Assembly (NCBI GenBank): GCA_963729625.1
Contig: CAVSOU010000017.1
Location: forward strand, 96,001 to 160,000
Length of the DNA: 64,000 nt
Reading direction: 5' to 3'
DNA from: an uncultured bacterium
GTDB taxonomy: Bacteria > Chloroflexota > UBA5177 > JANWHV01
Of this stretch, positions 10,765 through 20,169 are shown piece after piece; positions within the stretch are counted from its first letter, which is position 1; the number at the start of each line of letters is the position of its first letter. The notes beneath the pieces were generated by a model. That model saw only the letters and a list, made by a program, of their open reading frames with translations. It made no database searches and was not told the DNA's origin. Both the position numbers and the translations under genes were made by a program.

Positions 10765-11766
10765 TCACGTGCTGAGCGACATAACGGAGCGTACCAATCC
10801 GGCAATGAAACCTGTGGCGTGCGCCCGCCCGCGGTGGCCCCATTCGGTGTCGTCAACCATGTGCGGGACATGATCGTCGATGATAAACCCGGAGAATCCG
10901 ACCTCTTGGAGCGCCCGGACGGCCGCCACCACGTCGACATTACCTTCATCCACGAAACATTCGTTGAATCGCGGCACTATTCCCTGCACGTCGCGAAAGT
11001 GGACGTAGACGATCTGGCCACGCGCGCCGAAATGTTGGATCGCCGGGATCACGCCCGGACTGGCGTCCTGAGCCATCTCCGACCACGTTCCCATGCAGAA
11101 GTCGAGCCCGTGGTTGGGGCTCGGAAACATCGTCATAGCGCGCTCGAACCCGGCGAAGGTATGGAAGAGCCGCGCCACGCCGCCCAGCGACGGAACCGGC
11201 GGATCGTCGGGGTGGAGGGCGAGCGTGACCCCGGCCTCCGCAGCGACAGGCAGTACGCCGTGAAGAAAGTATGCGTAGTTGGTCCACATCTCCTCGGCAC
11301 CGATCTCACGGTCTCCGAGCAGCGGATGACGTCGTAAGCCCCACGGCAAGGGACCCGACTCCGCTTCCGCGGCGTCGAAGGTGCTTACCAGGGCACCGCC
11401 GCGACCCGGCGTAGTGGCTGAGGTTCGCCACACCTCGAGTGGCATCCAGTGATAGCCGAGAACAGGAATCCCTGCACGGCCAATCGCGCGAATCGTCTCC
11501 TGATAGTTGGCAATCTGTTCGTCACGACCGTCGAGGCCCAGCATTGCCCGGTCGTAGAAATCCACCGGCACATTCTCGACCGCTTCCAGGCGCAAGCCAT
11601 GCCGCTCGCAGCGCACGCGCAGCCAGCGGAGATCTTCCTCATGCCAGCGGCCGTCACCGGGCAGCAGCGGCGTGTTCAGCTGCACGCCCGCAACGCCCAG
11701 CTGGCGGGCAAAGCGCAGGGTCTCCTCGGACAACTCGGCCACTTGCCCCAAGGCGATTCGCATCAT
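10765..11766 (-). CDS. uxuA: Mannonate dehydratase family protein
   Basis: LALHPDDPP, DFCMGT, VHFRDV, FVDEG and DHVP motifs. Confidence 0.88.
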   Translation of the reverse strand: MMRIALGQVAELSEETLRFARQLGVAGVQLNTPLLPGDGRWHEEDLRWLRVRCERHGLRLEAVENVPVDFYDRAMLGLDGRDEQIANYQETIRAIGRAGIPVLGYHWMPLEVWRTSATTPGRGGALVSTFDAAEAESGPLPWGLRRHPLLGDREIGAEEMWTNYAYFLHGVLPVAAEAGVTLALHPDDPPVPSLGGVARLFHTFAGFERAMTMFPSPNHGLDFCMGTWSEMAQDASPGVIPAIQHFGARGQIVYVHFRDVQGIVPRFNECFVDEGNVDVVAAVRALQEVGFSGFIIDDHVPHMVDDTEWGHRGRAHATGFIAGLVRSVMSLST

Positions 11767-12569
11767 CAGTTTCTTCTCGCATTCACGAGGTACTCCAGCG
11801 CATCGATGAGACCCAGGATAGCAGCATGCTGTCGCTCATAGCCGTCCTCCGAACTGGGGGGTGCAAGAATCTCCGTCACTCTTTCCTCGAATCGCGCGGG
11901 CTGCACAGAAAAGTGTCTCGCATAGTCAAGGTTATTGCCGTCACCGACATAGTACATGTCATTCAACGCGAAGAGGACCTGCATGATGTCATGCACTAGT
12001 CTCGACGTGAGGCCAGCGAGAAAGACCACATCCTTCCGGGCCACTTTGTTGGCGTAATGGTAGTCCTGTCGCCAGTAGCGCAGTGAGCCCATGTGCGTCG
12101 CCAAAATAGTCTCGCGCAAGGCATCCGGGTACGGTGTGAGTCGCTGCTTCCATCCCGCCACTATCCCGTGCGGATCTTTGACGCTCATCTGGTACAACAG
12201 GTCGCATGGCAGATGGTAGCCCCAGAGCGACCAGACACGCGGCTCAGGCCGTCCCCGCCCGGCTAGCCAGGCGTCCAGTTGTTCGTCCACCTGCGCGATT
12301 GTGCGTCGCCACACCCCATCGATCTCGACCCCATTTGCACGCCACCTATCCATCAAGGTGGTGAGACGAGCGAAGTGCGCGTCGAATCTTTCGTTGCCAG
12401 GCAGCAATATCTCGTCGGCATAGAGGCGGAAATCCACGTCAGAGCGACTGTCGCTCAGCCCTTTCCCGTGCGAGCCTCCAATCGTCACGGCCCAGCGGCC
12501 GAAGCCGAATGCGAGAATGACAGGAAGCGTCTCTTCGATGATCTGATTCAGCGTTGCCGCATCTGCCAT
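11766..12569 (-). CDS. DUF4037-domain nucleotidyltransferase-fold protein
   Basis: GGSHGKGLSDSRSDVD (GS...DxD) motif, DPHGIVAGWK..L..YP, LFALN; stop codon overlaps the uxuA start. Confidence 0.7.
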   Translation of the reverse strand: MADAATLNQIIEETLPVILAFGFGRWAVTIGGSHGKGLSDSRSDVDFRLYADEILLPGNERFDAHFARLTTLMDRWRANGVEIDGVWRRTIAQVDEQLDAWLAGRGRPEPRVWSLWGYHLPCDLLYQMSVKDPHGIVAGWKQRLTPYPDALRETILATHMGSLRYWRQDYHYANKVARKDVVFLAGLTSRLVHDIMQVLFALNDMYYVGDGNNLDYARHFSVQPARFEERVTEILAPPSSEDGYERQHAAILGLIDALEYLVNARRN

Positions 12570-12938
12570 CTGCCTGTCTCCATTCGTGTGTGAACTGAGC
12601 TCAGCATATTGCATGGCGCAGGGCCTGCCAAAGGCACCGGTTCCTGCGGCCAGCGGGCACTGGTCCTATGGAGCGCGCGAGGAATGCAATCCAGCCCCTC
12701 TTACAGGCCCATCTCCACACGGGAGTCCCATCCGCGGAGCCCGCTACGCATTGCTCGACGATCCCGGTACCGTGTGCCCCAGCTTCGCCGCACAGGCGAT
12801 CGGCCCGGGCGCGCTACCTTCGGTCTCGCATGACATGGACTGCCGCTCTGCCATATGCTGAAGGCGACGGCAGGCTGTGCCGTTCATCCTCTGGCCGGAC
12901 GGCGATGCAGCCTCGGCCGCTCTGGAAAGCGTAGACGC

Positions 12939-14216
12939 ATGCCCGTGCGACCAAGCGCGGTGCTCCCCGAGAGCGCATATCGGTGGAACTTCGTTACCCT
13001 CGGCGCTGACATCACCCTGTTCTCCTTGGCGCTGACGTTCGCCTCTGTCTACGGCGTGCTGCCCCTGTTCGTCCACCACCTCACAGCGTCGGACGTCGCC
13101 CTGGGCCTGATTCCTTCTGTTGCCTCGATTGGCTTCCTCTTGCCGCCGATTCTCCTGGCGGGCGTCGTGCAACGGCTGGTGCGGCGAAAGCCGTTCATCA
13201 TGGTGTGCACGACAGTTGAGCGGTTGCCATTCCCGATCCTCGCGGTCCTGACGTGGGTGTTGGCGCGCGAGCACGCTACCGCGCTACTCGTGTGTTTCTT
13301 CGTGCTCTACGCCGTCAACACGCTGGCTGGCGGCGCCAGCTACGCGGCATGGCTGAACTTCATCGCCCGCGTCATGCCGCCGAACTGGCGCGGCCGGTTC
13401 TTCGGACTCTGGTCCGCTCTCGGCATGCTGCTCGGAATCGGCGGCGGCGTCGCCAGCGCTGCCATGCTCGGCGAGCACAGCTGGCCCGGGGGCTTCTCGC
13501 TCTGCTTCACGTGCGCCACGGTCTGCCTCGCGATCTCCTATCTCTTCCTAGCGTCCTCGCGAGAAACGTTGGCTCCGTGGCATGAGACCAGCGCCGCAGC
13601 GCGGCGGCTGGGCTATGCCGAGATTCTGCGGAGCGATCGCAATTTCGCGGCGTATCTCGGCGTGAACAGCCTCGTGACGCTTGCCGGCATGGCGACAGCG
13701 TTCTACACAGTCGATGCCAAGCACGTGCTCGCGCTATCCGACGGTGGAGCGGGACTCTACGCCGCCGTCCTCATGGGCGGGTCGCTGGCCGGGAATCTGC
13801 TCTGGGGCTATGTTGGCGATCACCTTGGCCACACGCGCCTTGTCGAGGGCGGGGCGCTGGCCATCGCCGCCGCCGCCGCGTTCGCCCTCTGCGGACACAC
13901 CGTCGGGAACGGGTTCGCCGCGTTCGCGCTCTATGCCGCCGCGTTCGCCGCGGTCGGCATCGGCACCAGTGGCACGCAACTGGCCGCCAGCGCCCTCCTC
14001 CTCGATTTCGGCCAGGACTCCTCCCGGTCCGCGTACATCGGTCTGGCCTCGCTAGCCCAACTCCCGTTCGCGTGCCTCGGACCCATCGCCGGCGGGCTAC
14101 TGGCGGACAGGCTCGGGATCGCTGCCGTGTTCGTGGTGAGTCTCACCACGGGCCTGGCAGGCGCGGCGGCCGTCGGCCGTTTCGTGCGCGATCCGAGGGT
14201 CACCAGACGCAGATGA
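12939..14216 (+). CDS. MFS transporter
   Basis: About 12 TM segments, RGRFFG, WGYVGDHLG motif A; paralog of 53074-54366. Confidence 0.9.
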   Translation: MPVRPSAVLPESAYRWNFVTLGADITLFSLALTFASVYGVLPLFVHHLTASDVALGLIPSVASIGFLLPPILLAGVVQRLVRRKPFIMVCTTVERLPFPILAVLTWVLAREHATALLVCFFVLYAVNTLAGGASYAAWLNFIARVMPPNWRGRFFGLWSALGMLLGIGGGVASAAMLGEHSWPGGFSLCFTCATVCLAISYLFLASSRETLAPWHETSAAARRLGYAEILRSDRNFAAYLGVNSLVTLAGMATAFYTVDAKHVLALSDGGAGLYAAVLMGGSLAGNLLWGYVGDHLGHTRLVEGGALAIAAAAAFALCGHTVGNGFAAFALYAAAFAAVGIGTSGTQLAASALLLDFGQDSSRSAYIGLASLAQLPFACLGPIAGGLLADRLGIAAVFVVSLTTGLAGAAAVGRFVRDPRVTRRR

Positions 14217-14892
14217 GCATGACGGTCCCGCTCGCGGAACAGATTCGCGTGGTAGACCCGGCGCATCCCCTCTATGGTCTGACGTTGCCCTGCCTGGAGA
14301 TTACGACCAAGGCGGTACTTGGCCGCGTGTGCGTGGTCGGCCTTGAGCCGGGCGTCGTGCGCCTAGTCCCCGTGAGCGCGACCGACCGGGGTGGACTGCG
14401 GGCAGAACCCTCGTCCTGCCGCGTCTCCGTGGAGGGACTTCGCCATCTGGTAGCCGTGCTACGGTCTGTGGAGGAGGCACTCGTGGACCAGCCCGTCGAG
14501 GAGGCGACCCATGCCCATCCCGCAGTCCATGCCGCAGAATCTGCCCCGTCAGCGTGCCCTGCCGTTCCGCCTGCCGCCGGCGGGTGTCGACGGCGAGAGT
14601 TGGCGCATCAGTCCAGTGCGTCTCCTGGCGACCCTCACGCCGGAGGAACAGCAACTGTGTCGTCAGCGGCTGCTTGCGGTGCTCGTGGAGGTGGTGCACG
14701 ATCGCGCTCGCCTCTGAGAAGGTGACGGCCCTGCACTGGCAGCGGCTCGCCTACGTCTACGTCCGGCAATCGACCCTGCAGCAAGCGCGGGAGCATCCCG
14801 CCAGTCGCGAGAATCAGTATGCGCTGGTGGACCGAGCACTCGCTCTGGGCTGGCGGCGCGCGCCATCACGGGCCTCCCAGCATCCTTGCTAA
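14213..14892 (+). mobile_element. Remnant of a serine-recombinase mobile element (Y4bD/DUF5372-like ORF, small ORF, truncated recombinase)
   Basis: ORF 14213-14725 with RVVDPAHPLYG; small ORF 14511-14717; fragment 14698-14892 with LAYVYVRQSTLQQ...NQYAL...ALGW (catalytic YxRxS) that stops after about 50 aa. Confidence 0.7.
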
Positions 14893-15260
14893 GCTCGTTT
14901 CCGTCAGGGTTCCTGAATGATCCAGGCGAGAACGCCACCATATTGTCTTGTCACGCCAGGCTGGACAGCACAAAGTCGGCCGCGACCGTTTGGGCGGTGC
15001 TTGGGCCTGCGGCTGCAGGCACGGGGGAGCATGGACCTGCCCACCGGCACCCGGCAAGAGGGTGAAGCCTGGCCGGCGACCGTACCTGACGCCGAACGGT
15101 TGTGGCAGTGCGCCGTTACCGGTGAGGACCGCTTCGCGTTGTATCTGGTATACGGGGACCGCGCTCTGGTCCGAGTAAGCAGCCGGCCGCGGCCGGCGCG
15201 CGGTTGCATCTGGGCCGCCGTGGATGCGGCTAAAGGGTGCCCGATCTGAGAGGAGAACAC

Positions 15261-15977
15261 GTGATGGGCAGGCTAGGGATCGTTGCGGTGGGTCTGGTGA
15301 GCACATTGATGTTGAGCGCGGCAGTGCCGCGGGCTGTTGCGGCCGGAGCATCGACGCAGAGCCAGACCAGCATTACGGTCAGCGCGGAGGGCTCGACGAC
15401 GGTTGCGCCCGATGTAGCCTTTGTCACGGTAGGCGTGCAGCAGTCCGATCTGCAGGCCGAAAAGGCGCAAAGCGAGGCAAACGCGATCATCGCAGCCGCG
15501 ATCACGCGTATCAAGGCGCTGGGCATCCCGGATCACGACATCCAGACGGCGAGCATCTCGCTGGATCCGCAGTATGACGACCGCGGCATCGTCACCGGCT
15601 TCCAGGCTACCGACACACTCTCCATTACCGTGGAACAGCTGCGCAAGACAGGATCGGTGATCGACGCGGGCGTGGGAGCGGGCGCCAACCGGAACGTGAG
15701 CGTGAGCTTCGGCCTGAAGGACGACAGTCTGGCACGTACCGCGGCGTTGCGAGCAGCAGTCGCAGTGGCACAGCGAAAGGCGTCCGCCGTAGCCGCACAA
15801 TTGGGGATCTCGCTCACCGGCGCCAAAGTGCAGGTAACCGAGAATCTGGCACAGGCGCCGACACCCATGCCATATGCCGTGACCGGCGCTGTGCAAAGCA
15901 CTACTCGCGTACCCACACCCGTACAGACAGGATCGCTAATCATCCAGGATAGCGTGACGGTGACGTACACGTTGTAG
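15261..15977 (+). CDS. SIMPL/DUF541 family secreted protein
   Basis: Signal peptide, ITVSAEG...VAPDVA.VTVGV, DIQTASISLDPQYD, A..KA..VA..LG. Confidence 0.9.
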   Translation: MMGRLGIVAVGLVSTLMLSAAVPRAVAAGASTQSQTSITVSAEGSTTVAPDVAFVTVGVQQSDLQAEKAQSEANAIIAAAITRIKALGIPDHDIQTASISLDPQYDDRGIVTGFQATDTLSITVEQLRKTGSVIDAGVGAGANRNVSVSFGLKDDSLARTAALRAAVAVAQRKASAVAAQLGISLTGAKVQVTENLAQAPTPMPYAVTGAVQSTTRVPTPVQTGSLIIQDSVTVTYTL

Positions 15978-16058
15978 GCGACAGATTCACCGCTGGAACT
16001 GCCACCGCACGGCCTGTCAGGGCGTGCCTGTGTCCTCCTGGTGAAAAGCTCGTATGGC

Positions 16059-18521
16059 TCAGCCCGACTTGGACGCGCTCGCATGTGCCACGGCAGCCAA
16101 CGCGGTGTACGCGCCATGCGACTTATCTTGTCCTATCGTCGTCAGGGACAATTCGGCCGGCTTGCGTTCCGAGGCAGGATCGCGACTGACCCACTCGAGG
16201 TAATTCGAGATGGATACGTTCACCGGCTGTGAGGCAAGGAGAGATAGTGTTCCATCCGCGACTGCCCGCTCGAACGCTGCAACCGCGCCTGGGTGGAACT
16301 GGGTCGCGGTACCCTCGAGGATGCGTGCGCGCGCCTCTTCCCAGCATAGCGCGGGACGATACGTGCGGCTGCTCGTTATGGCGTCGAGCGCGTCTGCGAC
16401 TCCCAGCACTGCCGCATCCAGCGGGATGATGTCGCCGCTCAGACCGTCAGGGTAGCCGCTTCCGTCCCATCGCTCGTGATGGTAACGCACGGCAGGTAGC
16501 ACGTCCTGCAGAAAGGGCACCGAGGCGAGCATGCGTTCGCCGATGAGTGAGTGGTGCTTGATCGTCGAGTATTCCTGAACCGTGAGCGGCGATGGCTTTG
16601 CCAGTATGGCGTCGGGCACGCCAATCTTGCCCACGTCGTGTAACAGGCCGGCAAGCTCAATGCGGGCAACGACGTCGTCTGAGAGCTGCATGGCGCGGGC
16701 AATGATGCCCGCGTAGGCGCTGACCCGCTGTGAGTGGCCCTGCGTGTATGGGTCCTTCGCGTCGACGGCGGCCGCGAGGGCGGTGACCGTGGCGAGATTG
16801 GCGTGCTGCAACTGGGCGGCCAAGGCCGTCGGATCATAGTCGAGGCTGGCTTCCGCATCCTCGGGTCGCGCAACGCACCCCTTTCCGGCATGCTTCGCGG
16901 CGTACGCAGCCTTGTCGGCCGCCCGGATCAGACCCTCGCGCGTCTGGGCATGATCGGGCAGCGCGGCCACGCCGATACTGGCCCGCACGGAGACGGTGGC
17001 TCCGTTCTCGATCACCAGGAGCGAGGCAATTGCCTCGCGTGCGCGCTCGGCCAACATTGTTGCTCCATCAATATCGGTTTCCGGCAAGATGACGACGAAC
17101 TCGTCGCCTCCGTAGCGAGCCGCAATGTCCCCTGTACGGATGCTCCTGAGAAAGGCCTTCGCTATTGCCGCCAGGACCGCGTCGCCGACCTGATGGCCGA
17201 AGCTGTTGTTCACCGTGCCAAAGTCATCGACATCGATCATCATGAGCGCGAGTGGGTGGCCGCCCCGTTTGGCGCGGGCAATCTCCTCCTCAAGTCGCGT
17301 TTGGAAGGCCCGGTGATTGAGGAGGCCGGTGAGCCCATCCTGAGAGGCGAGTGCAACCGCGCGCTCATGGAGCCGCGCGTTCTGCAGCGCGATTGCTGCT
17401 TGGTTCGCCAGGATGGCTAACGAATCGCGATCGTCGTCGGTCAGCGTCAACGTCCCACCAGAGAGGAGCAGCAGCCCCGAGGAGCCCTGGCCGTCCGGAT
17501 CAAGCAGCACCGGCAGCACGCGACCGATACCGTCGAGGTCGACCTCGCGCATGTTCGTCTCGGGGCTGGGCACGGGCAGCCACATCGGCGTCAACCTGGG
17601 CGCATCGTCCGGTGTGAACACGACTCGTCTGAGCAGCGAAGGATCGTGATCGTCGCACAGGTATCCTGTGACCACCCCAGACCCGATGATGGCGTGCGCC
17701 GCTTCCGCCAGGGGCCGGAGCAGGTCGGCGCGCGTATGCTGCAGACGTAATCCCTGGCTCGCGGTGAGGACGGCTTCGAGCTGTTTGTTGCGCCGCAGAG
17801 CCTGGCTGCGCTCTTCCGCCTGGGCGACGGCATAGAAGGCGACCCGCAGGGCCACAACCGGGAGGACTGCCAGGGCAAGCGCCAGGGGATCGAAGCGCCA
17901 CAATATTGTAGCGGCAATGCCAATCGAGCTGGCGGCGAGCTCGGGCAAGAGCGCGTGGCGGTATTCCTGCCACCACAAGGTGAATGGAGACCTTCGCTGC
18001 ATCAGAGCGAAGACCCCCAGCATCATGGCAACGTCGAGGACATAGAAGAGCGTGATGAGCAGCACCAAGCTGGGAAGAGCAGGCGCCAGATCGGCGGGAC
18101 GCAGCAAGTGCGTGGGCGAGGCGACAGGCGAGAACAACGCGGTGGTGAGGCCCACTGCCAGCGTGGGGTGGCTGGTATTGAACGCGCGTTTATAGATCGG
18201 CGTGTGACGGCGGAGGGCCACCGAGACGACAGAGGAGACAAACGTCAGCAGCAGCGGAAACGGCGCTGGAAAGAGCAGAATCGCGGCCACGTGCACCGGC
18301 GTCGCGAGATCCTGTACGACGGTACGGCTGACTTGCAGCACCGTATAGTGGGCGGCCAGAGCCAGCAGCAGGAAAGCGCCGAGAGCCAGAAGGCGGTCGT
18401 GCGGTTCGCGCGCCAAGCTGCCATGTACGATGAGAGGGCCGGCTTGCACGAGCACTACGCCAACGCACGCCAGGTTCAGCGCCCAGAGGTAGCATCGAAG
18501 TGGCCATGGCATCGGTTGCAC
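16059..18521 (-). CDS. Membrane-bound GAF-GGDEF-HD-GYP protein (diguanylate cyclase / phosphodiesterase)
   Basis: About 7 N-terminal TM helices; LANQAAIALQNARL; DGLTGLLN; RTGD I-site followed by RYGGDEF; LHDVGK and HHERWDGSGYP; GAGGA RBS. Confidence 0.93.
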   Translation of the reverse strand: MQPMPWPLRCYLWALNLACVGVVLVQAGPLIVHGSLAREPHDRLLALGAFLLLALAAHYTVLQVSRTVVQDLATPVHVAAILLFPAPFPLLLTFVSSVVSVALRRHTPIYKRAFNTSHPTLAVGLTTALFSPVASPTHLLRPADLAPALPSLVLLITLFYVLDVAMMLGVFALMQRRSPFTLWWQEYRHALLPELAASSIGIAATILWRFDPLALALAVLPVVALRVAFYAVAQAEERSQALRRNKQLEAVLTASQGLRLQHTRADLLRPLAEAAHAIIGSGVVTGYLCDDHDPSLLRRVVFTPDDAPRLTPMWLPVPSPETNMREVDLDGIGRVLPVLLDPDGQGSSGLLLLSGGTLTLTDDDRDSLAILANQAAIALQNARLHERAVALASQDGLTGLLNHRAFQTRLEEEIARAKRGGHPLALMMIDVDDFGTVNNSFGHQVGDAVLAAIAKAFLRSIRTGDIAARYGGDEFVVILPETDIDGATMLAERAREAIASLLVIENGATVSVRASIGVAALPDHAQTREGLIRAADKAAYAAKHAGKGCVARPEDAEASLDYDPTALAAQLQHANLATVTALAAAVDAKDPYTQGHSQRVSAYAGIIARAMQLSDDVVARIELAGLLHDVGKIGVPDAILAKPSPLTVQEYSTIKHHSLIGERMLASVPFLQDVLPAVRYHHERWDGSGYPDGLSGDIIPLDAAVLGVADALDAITSSRTYRPALCWEEARARILEGTATQFHPGAVAAFERAVADGTLSLLASQPVNVSISNYLEWVSRDPASERKPAELSLTTIGQDKSHGAYTALAAVAHASASKSG

Positions 18522-18566
18522 GGTGTCCTCACTTGCAGGGCGTGCGCCCTTGTTGGCCAGTCGAGC

Positions 18567-19160
18567 TCAGCGCGAAGCCTCCATGCACCGTTGAGGCTCG
18601 GGCCTGAAAGGCCTTCGGACAGCGCCGTAGGCCGCCGTGGCCGCGCCGAAGGTGAGCAAGGCGTCGCCCACGCTGAAGACGTTGCCGTAACCTTGAGCAA
18701 ACCGGACTGGGATGACGTCGCCGAGAACAGCCAGCTTGCTCGAGGACGTCGAGAGCCCCGTGTTGTTATAGACGTGCTGTCCGGAGATCTCCTGCACCTT
18801 GGCCTGGCCTTTCACGGCGGCCATTGCCGCGGCATCAACCGGCATATGGCCGCCGTTCAAGGCGATAACGGTCACGTTGAGTGTCAGCCCGAGCAGCGCT
18901 ATGCGTACGGCCGGTCCGAGGCGCCAGTTTCGCAAGGCGCCGATGGTGACCATGCCGAGCGCACCGGCATAGATCTCGCCACTGTGATGCAGAACGAGGC
19001 CCGAGCCGCGTACCCCCGGCGCGTAGAGCAGCAACTGGATGGCAAGAGAGCCGATCAGAAAACCGCTGCCTCGAATGGGCAGCGCTGCAAGATTGCTGAG
19101 CGAGCCGCCGCGCAGGAGCGCAAGAAACACCGCTACGAGTACCGGTATCACAAGAAGCAT
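18567..19160 (-). CDS. DUF5317-family membrane protein
   Basis: LRGGSL.NL, N..VIALNGGHMPV, LGDVI and FSVGD motifs as recalled for DUF5317; GGAGG RBS before ATG at 19160. Confidence 0.8.
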   Translation of the reverse strand: MLLVIPVLVAVFLALLRGGSLSNLAALPIRGSGFLIGSLAIQLLLYAPGVRGSGLVLHHSGEIYAGALGMVTIGALRNWRLGPAVRIALLGLTLNVTVIALNGGHMPVDAAAMAAVKGQAKVQEISGQHVYNNTGLSTSSSKLAVLGDVIPVRFAQGYGNVFSVGDALLTFGAATAAYGAVRRPFRPEPQRCMEASR

Positions 19161-19260
19161 GCAACCTCCAGCGGGATCTGACTGCCTGGGATCTCCGCAG
19201 ACGACTCGGGTCTCGGGAATGAGTCCGCGATGGTGGGTTCCCGGGGTGCCTATTGAGCTG

Positions 19261-19292
19261 GCAGGGCGAGGATCATGGCATCCGCGCCCTGC
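19261..19292 (-). other. GC-rich stem-loop between the peptide gene and the DUF5317 gene
   Basis: GCAGGGCG-A-GGAT / ATCC-G-CGCCCTGC arms with a 6-nt loop and no U-tract. Confidence 0.5.
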
Positions 19293-19318
19293 ACGCCCAA
19301 GCACCGAACGCTAGAACG

Positions 19319-19450
19319 CTAGAACCACTGGGTGCCGGCGCCTGATGCCGCCACAAAGGCGACGACCGAGCCGAGAGCAAGCGCGGCGCGCTGGATGACC
19401 TGCATGTTCCATACGTGGCCGTGTCGAATGCCGAGAGTAATTCGCTTCAT
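19319..19450 (-). CDS. 43-aa signal-peptide-like small peptide (MKRITLG...AALALGSVVAFVAASGAGTQWF), putative signalling precursor
   Basis: AGAAGGA RBS 10 nt upstream of ATG; basic N-terminus, hydrophobic core and short aromatic C-tail; first gene of the same-strand DUF5317-DGC unit. Confidence 0.7.
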   Translation of the reverse strand: MKRITLGIRHGHVWNMQVIQRAALALGSVVAFVAASGAGTQWF

Positions 19451-19510
19451 CGGTTGGCAATCCTTCTGCAAAATCTTCGTTCCACAAGAACCTGTTGCCA
19501 TGGCTCCTAA

Positions 19511-19538
19511 ACTATACAATACGAAATGACTCGGTCTA
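19511..19538 (-). promoter_or_regulatory. Candidate sigma70-type promoter for the peptide operon
   Basis: Minus strand TAGACC-16 nt-TATAGT in an AT-rich patch about 60 nt upstream of the peptide ATG. Confidence 0.35.
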
Positions 19539-19699
19539 GTACCCATTTGGACCATGCACGATCGGCTTACCTCGCGGTCTCATCCGGTGGCTGAACACTG
19601 CTGATGCGGGCACTCGGCGCCTTTTCTGGGAGTGACCCGATGGCCTCGGGTTGAGGAATCGAGCAGCCTATCCTCGCGCATCCGAGGCCTCGATCCTGG

Positions 19700-19906
19700 T
19701 CAGCGCGGATCCGGAGCGGCGCGCATCGCCGTAGGCGTTGCCCAAAATTGATTCAAGAGGAGAGCGTTCTCTTCCACCGCCGCGCGCAGCACAGCGTCGT
19801 CGGTGATTCCAGGTTCTGACTCTGCAATGTACAGCACAACGTTGCCTTCGCTTCTCAGCCGCTCAACGGTGTGCCGATCCACGCCTTCGTCAGCGACGAG
19901 TCTCAC
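19700..19906 (-). pseudogene. Truncated DUF5615 (PIN-like, VapC45-type) toxin
   Basis: VRLVADEGV...LRSEG.VV...GITDDAVLRAAVEENALLL diverges just before the expected TxDxDF motif; GTGA overlap with the DUF433 stop. Confidence 0.7.
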
Positions 19907-20169
19907 GACGCAATGCCAGCGAATGGATAGACAACGTCGGCCCGTAGCGCCTGAGCGGCGAAACGCAACGCCGCGGCGACGCCTTCTCTTGTCAGCCTGG
20001 GGTGAGCGTCCAGGAGTTGATCGACGGTCTCCCCTGCAGCCAAGCTGACTAGGATTGACTCGACGGTGATTCTCGTTCCGGTGATGATTGGCTTCCCCAT
20101 CATGACGGCGGGACTTGAAGTGATGAGCGCCGAGGCCGCGGTAGAACCCAGGTCGTTCGTGTCGTCCAT
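19903..20169 (-). CDS. DUF433 family antitoxin
   Basis: ITSSPAVMMGKPIITGTRITVESIL..LAAGET...LL..HP.LT.E.V.AAL.FA. Confidence 0.9.
   Translation of the reverse strand: MDDTNDLGSTAASALITSSPAVMMGKPIITGTRITVESILVSLAAGETVDQLLDAHPRLTREGVAAALRFAAQALRADVVYPFAGIAS

Noticed and set aside
14917-15249. 110-aa ORF between the recombinase remnant and the SIMPL gene
   Set aside because: No motif or RBS; probably a degenerate fragment.
19560-19700. Hairpins upstream of the peptide gene as a possible c-di-GMP riboswitch
   Set aside because: No GEMM consensus recognised, and they lie upstream of the candidate promoter; an Infernal/Rfam scan would settle it.
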